Shown: positions 9,986-19,611, counted from the first letter of the stretch. The stretch is DNA of 64,000 bases from a bacterium (GCA_963674695.2 CAXXGI010000003.1:672001-736000); one strand, 5' to 3'. Program-made: numbers and translations. Notes: a model not told the origin generated them from the letters alone.

Positions 9986-12415
9986 ATGCAGATCAAGGCT
10001 TCGACATTCAAGACCAACACCGTCGATTCCACCGGGAGCACCGGTGCGGCGGATGCGGCGCAGCAGGAAGAGGCCCTCAACGGCTCGATCGAGGACTTCT
10101 TCACCAGCGACGTCGATGGAACCGATTCCAGCTCGATGACCGGAAACGCCGATCCGCTCGATGACTATACGCTGGGCGATCTCGGCGGCGGCACGACCGG
10201 CGCCGGCAGCAGCACCACCGGGCTCGAGGGAATCGTCCCCGATATCAACACCCTGATCGAAAACGTCCCACACGCGCGCGACTATCTGGATATCGTCAAA
10301 GTGCGCTACGAACAGCTTCACGAGGATCTCAGCACGCTCAAAATCCAGTACGAACAGGCGATCAAGTCGGGAACGCTGAGCACCGATCAAATCGCCGAGC
10401 TGCAGGGAAAGCTCGCCACGCTCGCAATCGAGATCTCCTTCTGCAGCAATCAGCTCCAGAAGATCCCCGATCTCATGTCAACGGACGCGGCCATCTATGA
10501 GAAGGAACTCAAGACCGCCACCGACTGGAACAACGACAACTGGATCGGACGACCGGCGTTTCGCGGTTCACTGCGCATCGTGGAGTGCGCCGATGGAAGC
10601 CTGACCCATCTCGACGCCATGACCGGAAAACCCGTGCCCACGCCAACGACCTGCCCCGACTATCAGGCGCAGATCACCTCGGGCGATGGACTCAATCTCG
10701 CTACAGAGCCTGATGCCGAGCACATGAATGACATCAGCTTCGACTCCGACACCGGGCGCATCACCACGATGGACGGAAATCTGCTGGTTGACCTGAACCT
10801 CAGCATCGATGCGTATGCCACCAATCGCAACGGACTCGGCAACGACGATAATTTCAATCGCATCGACCTGGGCGTGCCGGAATACTTCTGGGTGGAACGG
10901 GACCTGGATGTGGATGGCTTCTATGCCTTTGAAGATCCGAACGAGGTCGAGGAGTATCGCCTCAAACTCTACAATAAGTGGGACGATTCCGATGGCATTC
11001 GCCAGAAGGTCCCGGAGAATCGCTCCGACTACCTCCAGGTGCAGGTCACCAAGGTCGTCATGCGGTCGGTGGAAATCGACGATGACTCTGGCGTCGCCCA
11101 TCACTACGTCGAATACTTCGGCAACGTCGATGGCGCCGAGACGCTCATCTGCCGCATGCGCATCGAGGGGCAGGAAGAGAGCGCCGAACACCCCGCCGCG
11201 CACAACGGCTACATCGCCGCCTCGACAGTCGGCTTTCACCTGCATGGCAAGGAACGGGCGACCCCTGTCGAGGTCAACGCGACGGGCATGATTTCCACCG
11301 GGCGAAGCATTTTCAAGAAAGACATTCCTGACGAGGGCGTGACAATCGGTGACTTTAGCGCCCCCAGCGATGCAGGAGGAGAGAGAGCCTGGAAGGAAAA
11401 TGTCGAATCATTCTATGGCAACACGCCGACGAGTTGTATCCGGAAGGATGGCAACAGCACTGAAGTCGCATGGACGAACGATAGCGATGCTGCTTGGGGA
11501 TGGAATGGTATCGACTATGGCAATTACAACGATTGCTATGTCACGACAGGCATGGAAAATGTCATCGACACTCAAGGTGCCACGCTCTCGACGGTGAAGA
11601 CGGGGTTGGTCGTCACGGGGCTTCGCGGCGACTTCAAGCTCACCAACTATAACGACTGGGTCGAGATCCCGGACGTGAACGAGCCCAACGCGTGGACCGA
11701 AGAGCACATGCCGAGAAACGTCGATCGCATCATGAAGGGAGACCCCTTCGACCACACGTTCGTCGATTCGCAGAACGGCAACGACGTGGTCATCTCCGGC
11801 ACCGGCACGAACTACATCTTCGGCGCCACCTGCGTTCTGGGAAAAGGCGACCACAACACCACGACCTATATCGCGCCACCCAACGGTGTCGGCGGCAAGG
11901 AAGGCCATCAGCGCATCACTGAGAATGCCCGTGTCTTCATAGATGTACGTGGAAACGGCACGACACAGGTCGACAACGTCCTGGAATGGGATGATAAAGC
12001 ATACGCCGAAGCGGCCTATGCCGACGATGGCACCGAAGGCAGTTCAAACTACGATGCCTCAAATGGCTATGACAAGATTGAAGACCTTTATGACGATGAC
12101 GACTATTTCTATGTCGAGGGAACAGCACAGTTCACCAATGATAGTGATCAGGATATTGCCGAGGGCAGTCACACCGGCTCCGGCGCGATGGATGAAGCCA
12201 CGATGCGCATGGAATACGCTGACGCCATGCAGGCCTGGCTCGACGAGCTCTACAAAATACCCGAGGTCGACCAGGCCGCGATCGAGTCGGACTGGAGCGA
12301 CGTGACGCAGCAGACTGCGGCCCTCAACGAGGAACTGGACAGCTTTTTCGACTGCTGGGGGGACATCCTCGGCGAGTTTGACGATGCAGCATTTATCATG
12401 GGCGACGACCTCTGA
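9986..12415 (+). CDS. Large acidic hypothetical protein (809 aa), helical N- and C-termini, degenerate RTX-like segment, no signal peptide
   Basis: GAGGGA RBS; D/E/G/T-rich; GNDVVISGTGTNYIFG segment. Confidence 0.85.
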   Translation: MQIKASTFKTNTVDSTGSTGAADAAQQEEALNGSIEDFFTSDVDGTDSSSMTGNADPLDDYTLGDLGGGTTGAGSSTTGLEGIVPDINTLIENVPHARDYLDIVKVRYEQLHEDLSTLKIQYEQAIKSGTLSTDQIAELQGKLATLAIEISFCSNQLQKIPDLMSTDAAIYEKELKTATDWNNDNWIGRPAFRGSLRIVECADGSLTHLDAMTGKPVPTPTTCPDYQAQITSGDGLNLATEPDAEHMNDISFDSDTGRITTMDGNLLVDLNLSIDAYATNRNGLGNDDNFNRIDLGVPEYFWVERDLDVDGFYAFEDPNEVEEYRLKLYNKWDDSDGIRQKVPENRSDYLQVQVTKVVMRSVEIDDDSGVAHHYVEYFGNVDGAETLICRMRIEGQEESAEHPAAHNGYIAASTVGFHLHGKERATPVEVNATGMISTGRSIFKKDIPDEGVTIGDFSAPSDAGGERAWKENVESFYGNTPTSCIRKDGNSTEVAWTNDSDAAWGWNGIDYGNYNDCYVTTGMENVIDTQGATLSTVKTGLVVTGLRGDFKLTNYNDWVEIPDVNEPNAWTEEHMPRNVDRIMKGDPFDHTFVDSQNGNDVVISGTGTNYIFGATCVLGKGDHNTTTYIAPPNGVGGKEGHQRITENARVFIDVRGNGTTQVDNVLEWDDKAYAEAAYADDGTEGSSNYDASNGYDKIEDLYDDDDYFYVEGTAQFTNDSDQDIAEGSHTGSGAMDEATMRMEYADAMQAWLDELYKIPEVDQAAIESDWSDVTQQTAALNEELDSFFDCWGDILGEFDDAAFIMGDDL

Positions 12416-12436
12416 GGGGGATGAGAGGAACGAATT

Positions 12437-14641
12437 ATGGTGCGGATCAATAGCGCGCAATTCAAAGCAAACGACATCGGTGGCAACGAGGCAACTCGTT
12501 CGCAGCTCCTGGCCGATCTTCAGGCGGCCATCGCCGAGATCGAGGATTATCTCGACCATTACGAGGAGATCCTCTCCGAGGAGCAGCTCTTCGAGGCCCA
12601 GCGCATCAGCATGATGCTCAAAGCCGAGTCGTCCGCGATCGCTGCCTACGGCATGGGCGGAAGCGGTGGTGGAGCGGGTTCGGTCGACGGCGATGCATCC
12701 AGCTGGGTGGATCTGCCGCAGAATCTCAACGACGGATGGGAAGACAACGGCGTTCCGGCAGACAATATCAACCAGTATGCGGATGAACCGCAGCTCGACA
12801 ACTGGGATGACGACCGCTATGGCGAATACGCAGGCACGGTCGAGATCAGCAACAGCGGCAATCCGAACGATCCGACCTCGATCGGGTTTCAGATGTACGA
12901 CTCCGAGGAACACGGCGAGATGCAGTCGCTCACGGGTGAATCACGCGGCCGCGACATCATCATCACCGTCACCTTCGAGGATGGACACCGGGAATCCTGG
13001 GTCGTGCGCGAAGCCACGGTGCGCCCGGAACCGATCATCATCTCCGCACTCGGCCTGAACCACAAAGTCAGCATCGATATGAGTCACTGCCTGCGCGTGA
13101 GCGACGGGTCCTACACCGGCTACGATTATGGTACTCGCAGCGGATTCTACATCTACGGCACCGAATATGACGACATCCTCCGCGGCTCCATGGCCGACGA
13201 CGGCATCGTGGGTCTAGCGGGTAACGACGAGATCTACGGCATGGCGGGCAACGACACGCTCTACGGCGATGAGGCTTATGCGTATGCCGGCCAGCAGAAC
13301 GAGGAGTACGGCGGCCGCGATCGCGTGATCGGCGGCGCCGGAAGCGACACCATCTTTGGCGGTGGCAAGATCGACGAATACTCCGCCGCCGACCTGAATG
13401 ATGCATCCGGCGTCATCAACGAATGCGAAACGAAGATCAACGACGAAACGAGCACCCAGGATCTCGAAGAAATCCGCAATATTCTCAACGGTGGCTCTTC
13501 CGAGACGGATACGATGGGCAACGGCTGGCGGGCCTCCGTCGAGGGGGGCGAAGTCGTCATCAAGAACATCGGCGACGGCAGCGGCGGCGAGATCGAGATC
13601 AACATGAATTATCTCCCCGACGGCTACAACATGTGCTACGGCGAGCGCAATGCCGACGGCTCGCTCTCCCTCACCTTTGTGGGCTTCGATGAGGAAGGCA
13701 ACTCCATCTCCTTTACGATGCGGATCGAGAACTTCTTCGGCAGCTTCGGCGACAACGATGACCCCGACTCAGCGCTCGTGCATCTGCACATCGTCGGCAC
13801 GGATGAAGACGACATCATCGACATGAGCCAGGTGCAGGTCGATGCCAGCCAGACGATCTCGTTCGATCTGGGCGAAGGCGTGGACATCGGCCTGGGCGCG
13901 CGCAACAAACTCATGGCCGAGGGGATCGACATCGATGACCTGGTCAACGGTCGCAGCCAGGGCAATTCATCCGGAACGGCCAACCACTACATCAGCGACG
14001 GCGTCTTCGCCTATGACGACGAAGAAACGATGAATGGGGTCATGGGCTATGAAGACGAGAATGGCGACGACCATGCCGGTTCGCTCACGACCACGGCGAA
14101 CGCCGACGGATCGATTACGATCGATGGTAATGGCACTGCAGACAACCCCCTCCCCGAGACGCTCAACATCCGCGTCCCCGAGGAGTACACGCACGGCTAC
14201 ATGGCCAATGGCGGTGACGGTTATTACTATCTGATCCTCGTCGCCCCCGGCAATCCGGCCAAGACCATGGTCATCAAGATCGATAAGGGCCTTTACGATG
14301 ACGCCGGATGGTCGCTCGGCGATGTGATGCTCTTCCGGGAGATGGCGGCGGAGGAAGGCGACGGCTTCGACTTCATCCAGGAGAAAGTCGATATCGAATA
14401 CATCAGCATCGACTTCGACGATTACGAGCTCAGCGGTGGAGAAAACGATGGCGAATACGATCTGATCTTCACGCAGAGCAGCAAGCGCGTCGCGGAAGAA
14501 GCCGAGGATGATGTCATCGAAGGCGATTACAACGGAAACGGCGGGAGTCAGACCGGGCGCACCGAGCGCGTTGAAACGCCGGAGAGCGAGAATGAGGAAG
14601 AAGTCGAAGACGAAGATAGTGAAGATGGCGAAGGCGAGTGA
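12437..14641 (+). CDS. Large acidic RTX/hemolysin-type calcium-binding repeat protein (734 aa), no signal peptide
   Basis: GTEYDDILRG, GLAGNDEIYG, GMAGNDTLYG, GGAGSDTIFG nonapeptide-like repeats; GAGGA RBS; acidic tail. Confidence 0.85.
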   Translation: MVRINSAQFKANDIGGNEATRSQLLADLQAAIAEIEDYLDHYEEILSEEQLFEAQRISMMLKAESSAIAAYGMGGSGGGAGSVDGDASSWVDLPQNLNDGWEDNGVPADNINQYADEPQLDNWDDDRYGEYAGTVEISNSGNPNDPTSIGFQMYDSEEHGEMQSLTGESRGRDIIITVTFEDGHRESWVVREATVRPEPIIISALGLNHKVSIDMSHCLRVSDGSYTGYDYGTRSGFYIYGTEYDDILRGSMADDGIVGLAGNDEIYGMAGNDTLYGDEAYAYAGQQNEEYGGRDRVIGGAGSDTIFGGGKIDEYSAADLNDASGVINECETKINDETSTQDLEEIRNILNGGSSETDTMGNGWRASVEGGEVVIKNIGDGSGGEIEINMNYLPDGYNMCYGERNADGSLSLTFVGFDEEGNSISFTMRIENFFGSFGDNDDPDSALVHLHIVGTDEDDIIDMSQVQVDASQTISFDLGEGVDIGLGARNKLMAEGIDIDDLVNGRSQGNSSGTANHYISDGVFAYDDEETMNGVMGYEDENGDDHAGSLTTTANADGSITIDGNGTADNPLPETLNIRVPEEYTHGYMANGGDGYYYLILVAPGNPAKTMVIKIDKGLYDDAGWSLGDVMLFREMAAEEGDGFDFIQEKVDIEYISIDFDDYELSGGENDGEYDLIFTQSSKRVAEEAEDDVIEGDYNGNGGSQTGRTERVETPESENEEEVEDEDSEDGEGE

Positions 14642-14665
14642 CCCATAGCAACAGCGTCAATACAC

Positions 14666-14694
14666 AAGGCCGGGCATATGCCCGGCCTTTTTTT
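14666..14694 (+). terminator. Rho-independent terminator
   Basis: GGCCGGGCAT/ATGCCCGGCC palindrome followed by T7. Confidence 0.88.
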
Positions 14695-14712
14695 GGTAAC
14701 AAACCCTGCCGT

Positions 14713-14867
14713 TGTCATCCCCGTCCCCGATTGAATCACTCGAGGACAGGCTCCAGCGGGGATCTCGATGAACTTAGCTTTGTCATCCCCGTGGAAACGG
14801 GGATCTCGATTGATCATTACAATCGAGATTCCCGCTTTCGCGGGAATGACAACCTCAGGGGATGACA
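14713..14867. repeat. Cluster of GTCA-type REP units, one carrying an internal insertion
   Basis: TGTCATCCCCG...GGGGATCTC; TGTCATCCCCGTGGAAACGGGGATCTCG...CGAGATTCCCGCTTTCGCGGGAATGACA; GGGGATGACA. Confidence 0.88.
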
Positions 14868-15607
14868 GCATCCTTGTACAACACCTCCATCAAGTACAAC
14901 CCACAGGCCGGGGCGCAGGGCATGTCCATGGGGCGCGCGCGCGCATCGCGGATGCACGCGACATCAGCAGGTGAACGCTTGCCCTGCCCCACCTCGACGA
15001 GACATCCGACGATATTGCGGATCATGTGGCGCACAAAGCCGTTCCCCTCGACCGTGATGACCAGCTCGTCCCGCTCTGGCTCGATAGCCATTCGCGTGAT
15101 CGTGCGCACCGCATCCCTGGCCCCGCAGCCGGCCGCACGAAAGCTCTCATAGTCATGCGTCCCAACGAGGGCATCCGCCGCCGCCTGCATCGCCTCCGCA
15201 TCGAGCGCACGCTCCAAGCGCCAGACGCGCCCCTCCCGCAGCGGCCTCCGAACGCGATCGATGAGCAAACGATATTGATAGCGCTTGCCCCGCGCATCGC
15301 GCCGCGCGTTAAAACCTGCCGCTGCCGCACAAGCCCCACGCACCGCAATATCGGGGGGGAGGATTCCGTTGAGACCGCCGACGAACCCCTCGGGCGGGAT
15401 GGAGCTCTGCGTCTCGAAATGCGCCACCTGCGCAACGGCATGCACGCCGGCGTCGGTCCGCCCTGCGCCCTGGAGATTATTCCCCTCCCCCGTCATCTGG
15501 CGGACCGCTTCCTGCACGCACCCCTGAATCGAAACACCGTTAGGCTGAATCTGCCAACCGACGTAATTCGCTCCGTCGTAGCTGAGTGTGAGTTTAATGG
15601 TGTGCAT
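14855..15607 (-). CDS. truA: tRNA pseudouridine(38-40) synthase
   Basis: YDGANYVGWQIQ, AGRTDAGVHA, GFVRHMIRNIVG, APACGLYL; ORF-track extension upstream is REP-derived. Confidence 0.95.
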   Translation of the reverse strand: MHTIKLTLSYDGANYVGWQIQPNGVSIQGCVQEAVRQMTGEGNNLQGAGRTDAGVHAVAQVAHFETQSSIPPEGFVGGLNGILPPDIAVRGACAAAAGFNARRDARGKRYQYRLLIDRVRRPLREGRVWRLERALDAEAMQAAADALVGTHDYESFRAAGCGARDAVRTITRMAIEPERDELVITVEGNGFVRHMIRNIVGCLVEVGQGKRSPADVACIRDARARPMDMPCAPACGLYLMEVLYKDAVIP

Positions 15608-15643
15608 GGTTGATAGGCACTTCTCAAAACGTGGCATATTGTT

Positions 15644-15714
15644 TGTCATCCCCGTGGAAACGGGGATCTCGATGTTTCGTACCAATCGAGATTCCCGCTT
15701 TCGCGGGAATGACA
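15644..15714. repeat. GTCA-type REP doublet
   Basis: Near-identical to 14781-14851. Confidence 0.9.
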
Positions 15715-15722
15715 AAACCACA

Positions 15723-18419
15723 TCAAAATTCAAACAGGATGCCGACCGAGTAGAGCTGGCCGGAGAGGTCTAGGCCGCCGCCGCCGAAGTTGTTGATCCA
15801 GCGATATTCCGCCTCGAAGGTGACGAAGAGGTCGTTCACGCCCCAGTCGTTATCCAACTCGACACTCACCCCGGCGATCTCGCCGACATTGAGCATGACG
15901 CCGCCCGTGCCGTGCAGGCCGTACTTCATGCCCTGCACCGAACCGCCGGAGAGGCCCTGGCGAAAGTAGACATAATCGATTCCCGTCTTGAGATACGGGA
16001 TGAGATAGCGCCAGGTGAAATAGTCGGCGCGCCAGACAAAGCTCGTTTCGATCGGAATGAGGATCAGATTGAACTTTTGCTGGGCCGTTCGCCCCGAGGT
16101 CATACCGACGGCCGTTGCGGACTTATAAAAAAAACCGACCCCCAACTCGACACCATAGCGCTTCTGAAAGAGCAACCCTCCCTGCAGGCGTGTAATCAGG
16201 TTACAGCAATTTCCGAAGAAGCCCTTCACCACATTGTTCTGCGGCAGCCAAAAACCGGTCTTCATCTCGAAAGACCCGAGCTGTCGGGACTCGGTATACC
16301 CCCGATCGATGGCGGCGATATCGCGCTCCTGAACGCCCTGGGCCTGCGCCAAGAGGGGAACGAGAATAATACAAACAAGGATGAATACCCCTAAAAAGCC
16401 TCTTTTTCGCCTGTCACTCCCGGCCGTTTTCAATCGAGATCCCCGATTCAAGCACTCGGGGATGACACCAAAAAGAAAACCATTCCCTCTTCGACGCGCC
16501 AAACGTGCCATCAGGAGAAAAGCAAATGCCATCAGCGGCCAGAGTGGCAGCGGATATCGCGAGCCCTTCGGCAGAAGGCCACACCCCTTCTCGCCGAGCA
16601 ACTGCGCCGGGCCGACCGTCTGTTCGGGCACCCCCGTCGCCACGCTTCCATCGGCGAACGTGTTCGTGCGCGCCTCGCTCTTATTGCCGTTCAGATCCAC
16701 CGCCTCCATAGCGATGTAATAGGTCGCCCCATTGGTGAGCCCCGTGGCCTCGCCCGTGAGCGTCGATGCTGTTCCCTGGGCAGTGGTACCCGAGACATCC
16801 GACTTCGTCATCACCGCCGCCGCATCGGTATCAGCATAGATGTTATAATGCGACATGTCGGCCACATCGATCCGGTCGAAGTTGACATAGACCCGATTGG
16901 TACCGAACCCCGTGGAACGCATCGTCACGTTCGGCGGCGGCGTATCGACCGTGAGCGTCGTGGCGCGACGCCCGCGATTATCGCCCACCGTCACGAAGAC
17001 AAAGATATCGTTGGTGCCCTCCTCGAAGGCTGCCGAATTACCATCGTAGTTGAAGGTGACCGTCGTATCGGTTTCAGCCGGCGTCGTACCGGAGCTGGCA
17101 CCGCTGTCATCGACGAGCAGAGTGCCGCTGGCATCGACCGAACCGTTCGCGCGCACCTCATAGGTATACGACGTTCCGTCGACGGCATCCGGCGAGCTGA
17201 AGGAAAAGACAATCGTAAAGCTCTCGTGCTGCCCGAGCGTGGTCCCCCCGCTCGAATAGGTGAGCGACGAGATCACCACCAACGGGGAGGCCGAGATGAG
17301 ACCGACGTCCTGGTTCGAATCCGAGACATAGACGTTGCCGTCGGTGGAACTCGAGGCCTGCAGCAGGAGCGGTTCGGTGGTCATCTCGATCGGTTCACCA
17401 TCCTGATCGGGATCGACCCCCATATCGAGCAATTCATCGTCGTTTGTATTGATGACGGAGACGCCGCCGTTGGTCCCGGCGATCCCCGCACCCGACACAT
17501 AGGCATACGTCGCCGTGGGATTGACCACCGAGGTGATCACGACATCGGTCGGATCGGAGTTGGTCACGACGCTGTCCACCAGAAAGCTGATCGTGGCGGT
17601 GACCGCATGCGTCGAGGTGGAGATCCGGACGACCTCATCGGTGTCAGTCCCGCTCGTGTCATTGGTCACATAGAGAAAGGTGCCGTTTGGACCGACGTCG
17701 ATCGCGGTGAGCGTCTCACCCGTGGTGATGTCGATGATCGTCGCCGACGTACCGTCCTTGGCGATATAAAAGACGACCCCCGCGTCGGTCGTGAAATAGG
17801 CCTCCGTCATGTCGACCACCCAGACGGCATCCGTAATCGTATAATTGCTCACGGCCGGAATCGTCACCGTGACCGTGCGCGTGATCTCCTGCGTGAGGAG
17901 GTTGACCACATGCACGGAGCCATCGCCGTTGTTGGCCACATAGGCCTCGCCGTTGGCCGCATCGATCACGACGGGACCGAGCTTCTTGTCTTCGGCGAGC
18001 GTGACGCTCACGGGAGTCGCGGTGATATCGGAGAGCAGGAAGAAGAGGATATCCCCGTCCTCCTGGCTGGCCACGAGTTGATTGCGCCCTGAATCGTAGC
18101 CCAGGCCCGCGAGCACGCCGTCGGTTTCATCATCGGCACTCAGCGCCGGCGGCTGATCCGTCTCCAGGGCATACAACCCCGTATCGATGAGTTTGAGCGT
18201 CTCGCCGTAGCTCACCGCCAGGCGCTGATCGGTAAAGAGGAGAAAGTTCTGCACCGTCGCGCCGAGACCAAAATCAAAGGGAGGATTGGCATCGCTCGCA
18301 CCCAGGACCTCGTCGTCGGGGAAGGCGACACCCGTTCGAGGGAGGATAACAAGACACAGCAGCACGGCCAGCACCGCCAGGAACCGCACCCATCTCTGTT
18401 GTATCGATACCGTCCGCAT
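15723..18419 (-). CDS. Exported beta-propeller/FN3-like protein with internal MYXO-CTERM-like anchor, fused in frame to a second signal peptide and an outer-membrane beta-barrel
   Basis: Signal peptide; YVTN/YVAN/YVS propeller blades; GLTNGATYYIAMEAVD FN3-like motif; GCG-hydrophobic-RRR; FILVCIILVPLLAQAQ; C-terminal YSVGILFEF. Confidence 0.8.
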   Translation of the reverse strand: MRTVSIQQRWVRFLAVLAVLLCLVILPRTGVAFPDDEVLGASDANPPFDFGLGATVQNFLLFTDQRLAVSYGETLKLIDTGLYALETDQPPALSADDETDGVLAGLGYDSGRNQLVASQEDGDILFFLLSDITATPVSVTLAEDKKLGPVVIDAANGEAYVANNGDGSVHVVNLLTQEITRTVTVTIPAVSNYTITDAVWVVDMTEAYFTTDAGVVFYIAKDGTSATIIDITTGETLTAIDVGPNGTFLYVTNDTSGTDTDEVVRISTSTHAVTATISFLVDSVVTNSDPTDVVITSVVNPTATYAYVSGAGIAGTNGGVSVINTNDDELLDMGVDPDQDGEPIEMTTEPLLLQASSSTDGNVYVSDSNQDVGLISASPLVVISSLTYSSGGTTLGQHESFTIVFSFSSPDAVDGTSYTYEVRANGSVDASGTLLVDDSGASSGTTPAETDTTVTFNYDGNSAAFEEGTNDIFVFVTVGDNRGRRATTLTVDTPPPNVTMRSTGFGTNRVYVNFDRIDVADMSHYNIYADTDAAAVMTKSDVSGTTAQGTASTLTGEATGLTNGATYYIAMEAVDLNGNKSEARTNTFADGSVATGVPEQTVGPAQLLGEKGCGLLPKGSRYPLPLWPLMAFAFLLMARLARRRGNGFLFGVIPECLNRGSRLKTAGSDRRKRGFLGVFILVCIILVPLLAQAQGVQERDIAAIDRGYTESRQLGSFEMKTGFWLPQNNVVKGFFGNCCNLITRLQGGLLFQKRYGVELGVGFFYKSATAVGMTSGRTAQQKFNLILIPIETSFVWRADYFTWRYLIPYLKTGIDYVYFRQGLSGGSVQGMKYGLHGTGGVMLNVGEIAGVSVELDNDWGVNDLFVTFEAEYRWINNFGGGGLDLSGQLYSVGILFEF
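16432..16467. repeat. Single REP unit lying in frame within the 15723-18419 CDS
   Basis: AATCGAGATCCCCGATTCAAGCACTCGGGGATGACA, translated as VIPECLNRGSRL. Confidence 0.8.
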
Positions 18420-18439
18420 ACGCCTCATTTTCCGAAGGG

Positions 18440-18545
18440 TGTCATTCCCGCGTAAGCGGGAATCTCGATTTTTCCAGCTCCACCGAGATCCCCGCTTTCG
18501 CGGGGATGACAATGCCAAGGGGTGTCATTCCCGCCCAAGCGGGGA
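18440..18545. repeat. GTCA-type REP doublet plus partial unit
   Basis: TGTCATTCCCGCGTAAGCGGGAATCTCG...GAGATCCCCGCTTTCGCGGGGATGACA; TGTCATTCCCGCCCAAGCGGG. Confidence 0.88.
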
Positions 18546-18568
18546 GAAACCAAGTCCCCAGAACCACA

Positions 18569-19594
18569 CTACACATATTCCCGCACCAAGACCTCTGCGA
18601 TTTGGACGGCATTGAGCGCCGCCCCTTTGCGCAGATTGTCGGAGACGATCCAGAGCGACAGGCCGTTCGCAACGGTGGCATCGCGCCGAATGCGCCCCAC
18701 AAAGACAGGATCCTTGCCAACCGCGTCGATCGCCATGGGAAAGCGCGACTGTTCCACATCGTCGACCACCTCTATGCCGGAACTTGTGTTCAGGATTTCG
18801 CGGGCCTGTTCGGGCGAGAGCGGCTCAGCCAGCTCGAGGTGAATCGCCTCGGAATGCGCACAGAAGACCGGCACGCGCACAGCGGTGGCCGCCACGCGGA
18901 GATCCGGGGCATGCATGATCTTGGGCGTTTCAAGCACGAGCTTGCGCTCCTCCTCGCTGATGCCGTCAGACCCCACGGGACCGATCTGCGGAATACAGTT
19001 GAACGCGATGCGATGCGAAAAGACCTTCGGCTCCGGCATCTCCGCACTCGAAAACATGCCGACCGACTGCTGCGAGAGCTCCTCCATCGCTTCGAGTCCC
19101 GCACCCGATACGGACTGATAGGTGTCGACCACCACGCGCTTGATGTGCGCGCGGGCATGGAGCGGAGCGAGCACCAGGACCATCTGGATGGTCGAACAAT
19201 TCGGATTAGCGATGATGCGACGCTGCGTGAACAGGGCGATGTCCTCCGGATTCACCTCGGGGATGACGAGCGGCACATCCTCGTCCATGCGAAAGGCGCT
19301 CGTGTTATCGATGACCACGGCGCCTGCCCGCGCCGCGATCGGGGCAAACTCACGGCTGATCTCACCGCCGGCGGAGAAGAGCGCGATATCCACACCGTCA
19401 AAGGAATCCGGACCCAGCACCTCGACCGGAAGACGCTGCTGGCCAAAACAGATCTCTTTGCCCAGCGAGTTCGCCGATGCCAGCGGCACCAAGCGCCCCA
19501 CCGGAAAGGCACGTTCGGAAAGAATGCTCGCCATCTCGCCGCCGACAGCTCCTGTGGCCCCAACGATGGCAACGGTGTATTGTTTTTCGCTCAT
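18569..19594 (-). CDS. asd: Aspartate-semialdehyde dehydrogenase
   Basis: VGATGAVG, IANPNCST, YQSVSGAG, DNLRKGAALNAVQ. Confidence 0.97.
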   Translation of the reverse strand: MSEKQYTVAIVGATGAVGGEMASILSERAFPVGRLVPLASANSLGKEICFGQQRLPVEVLGPDSFDGVDIALFSAGGEISREFAPIAARAGAVVIDNTSAFRMDEDVPLVIPEVNPEDIALFTQRRIIANPNCSTIQMVLVLAPLHARAHIKRVVVDTYQSVSGAGLEAMEELSQQSVGMFSSAEMPEPKVFSHRIAFNCIPQIGPVGSDGISEEERKLVLETPKIMHAPDLRVAATAVRVPVFCAHSEAIHLELAEPLSPEQAREILNTSSGIEVVDDVEQSRFPMAIDAVGKDPVFVGRIRRDATVANGLSLWIVSDNLRKGAALNAVQIAEVLVREYV

Positions 19595-19611
19595 AGTTCC
19601 CTTCTCTCTGC

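Noticed and set aside
15607-15733. N-terminal extensions in the ORF track for truA, ptsI, asd, uppS, the TPR gene and the 931-aa ORF
   Set aside because: They translate REP repeats (SFPRKRESR, VIPAKAGIS, RDSRFRGND); downstream starts match family N-termini or RBS better
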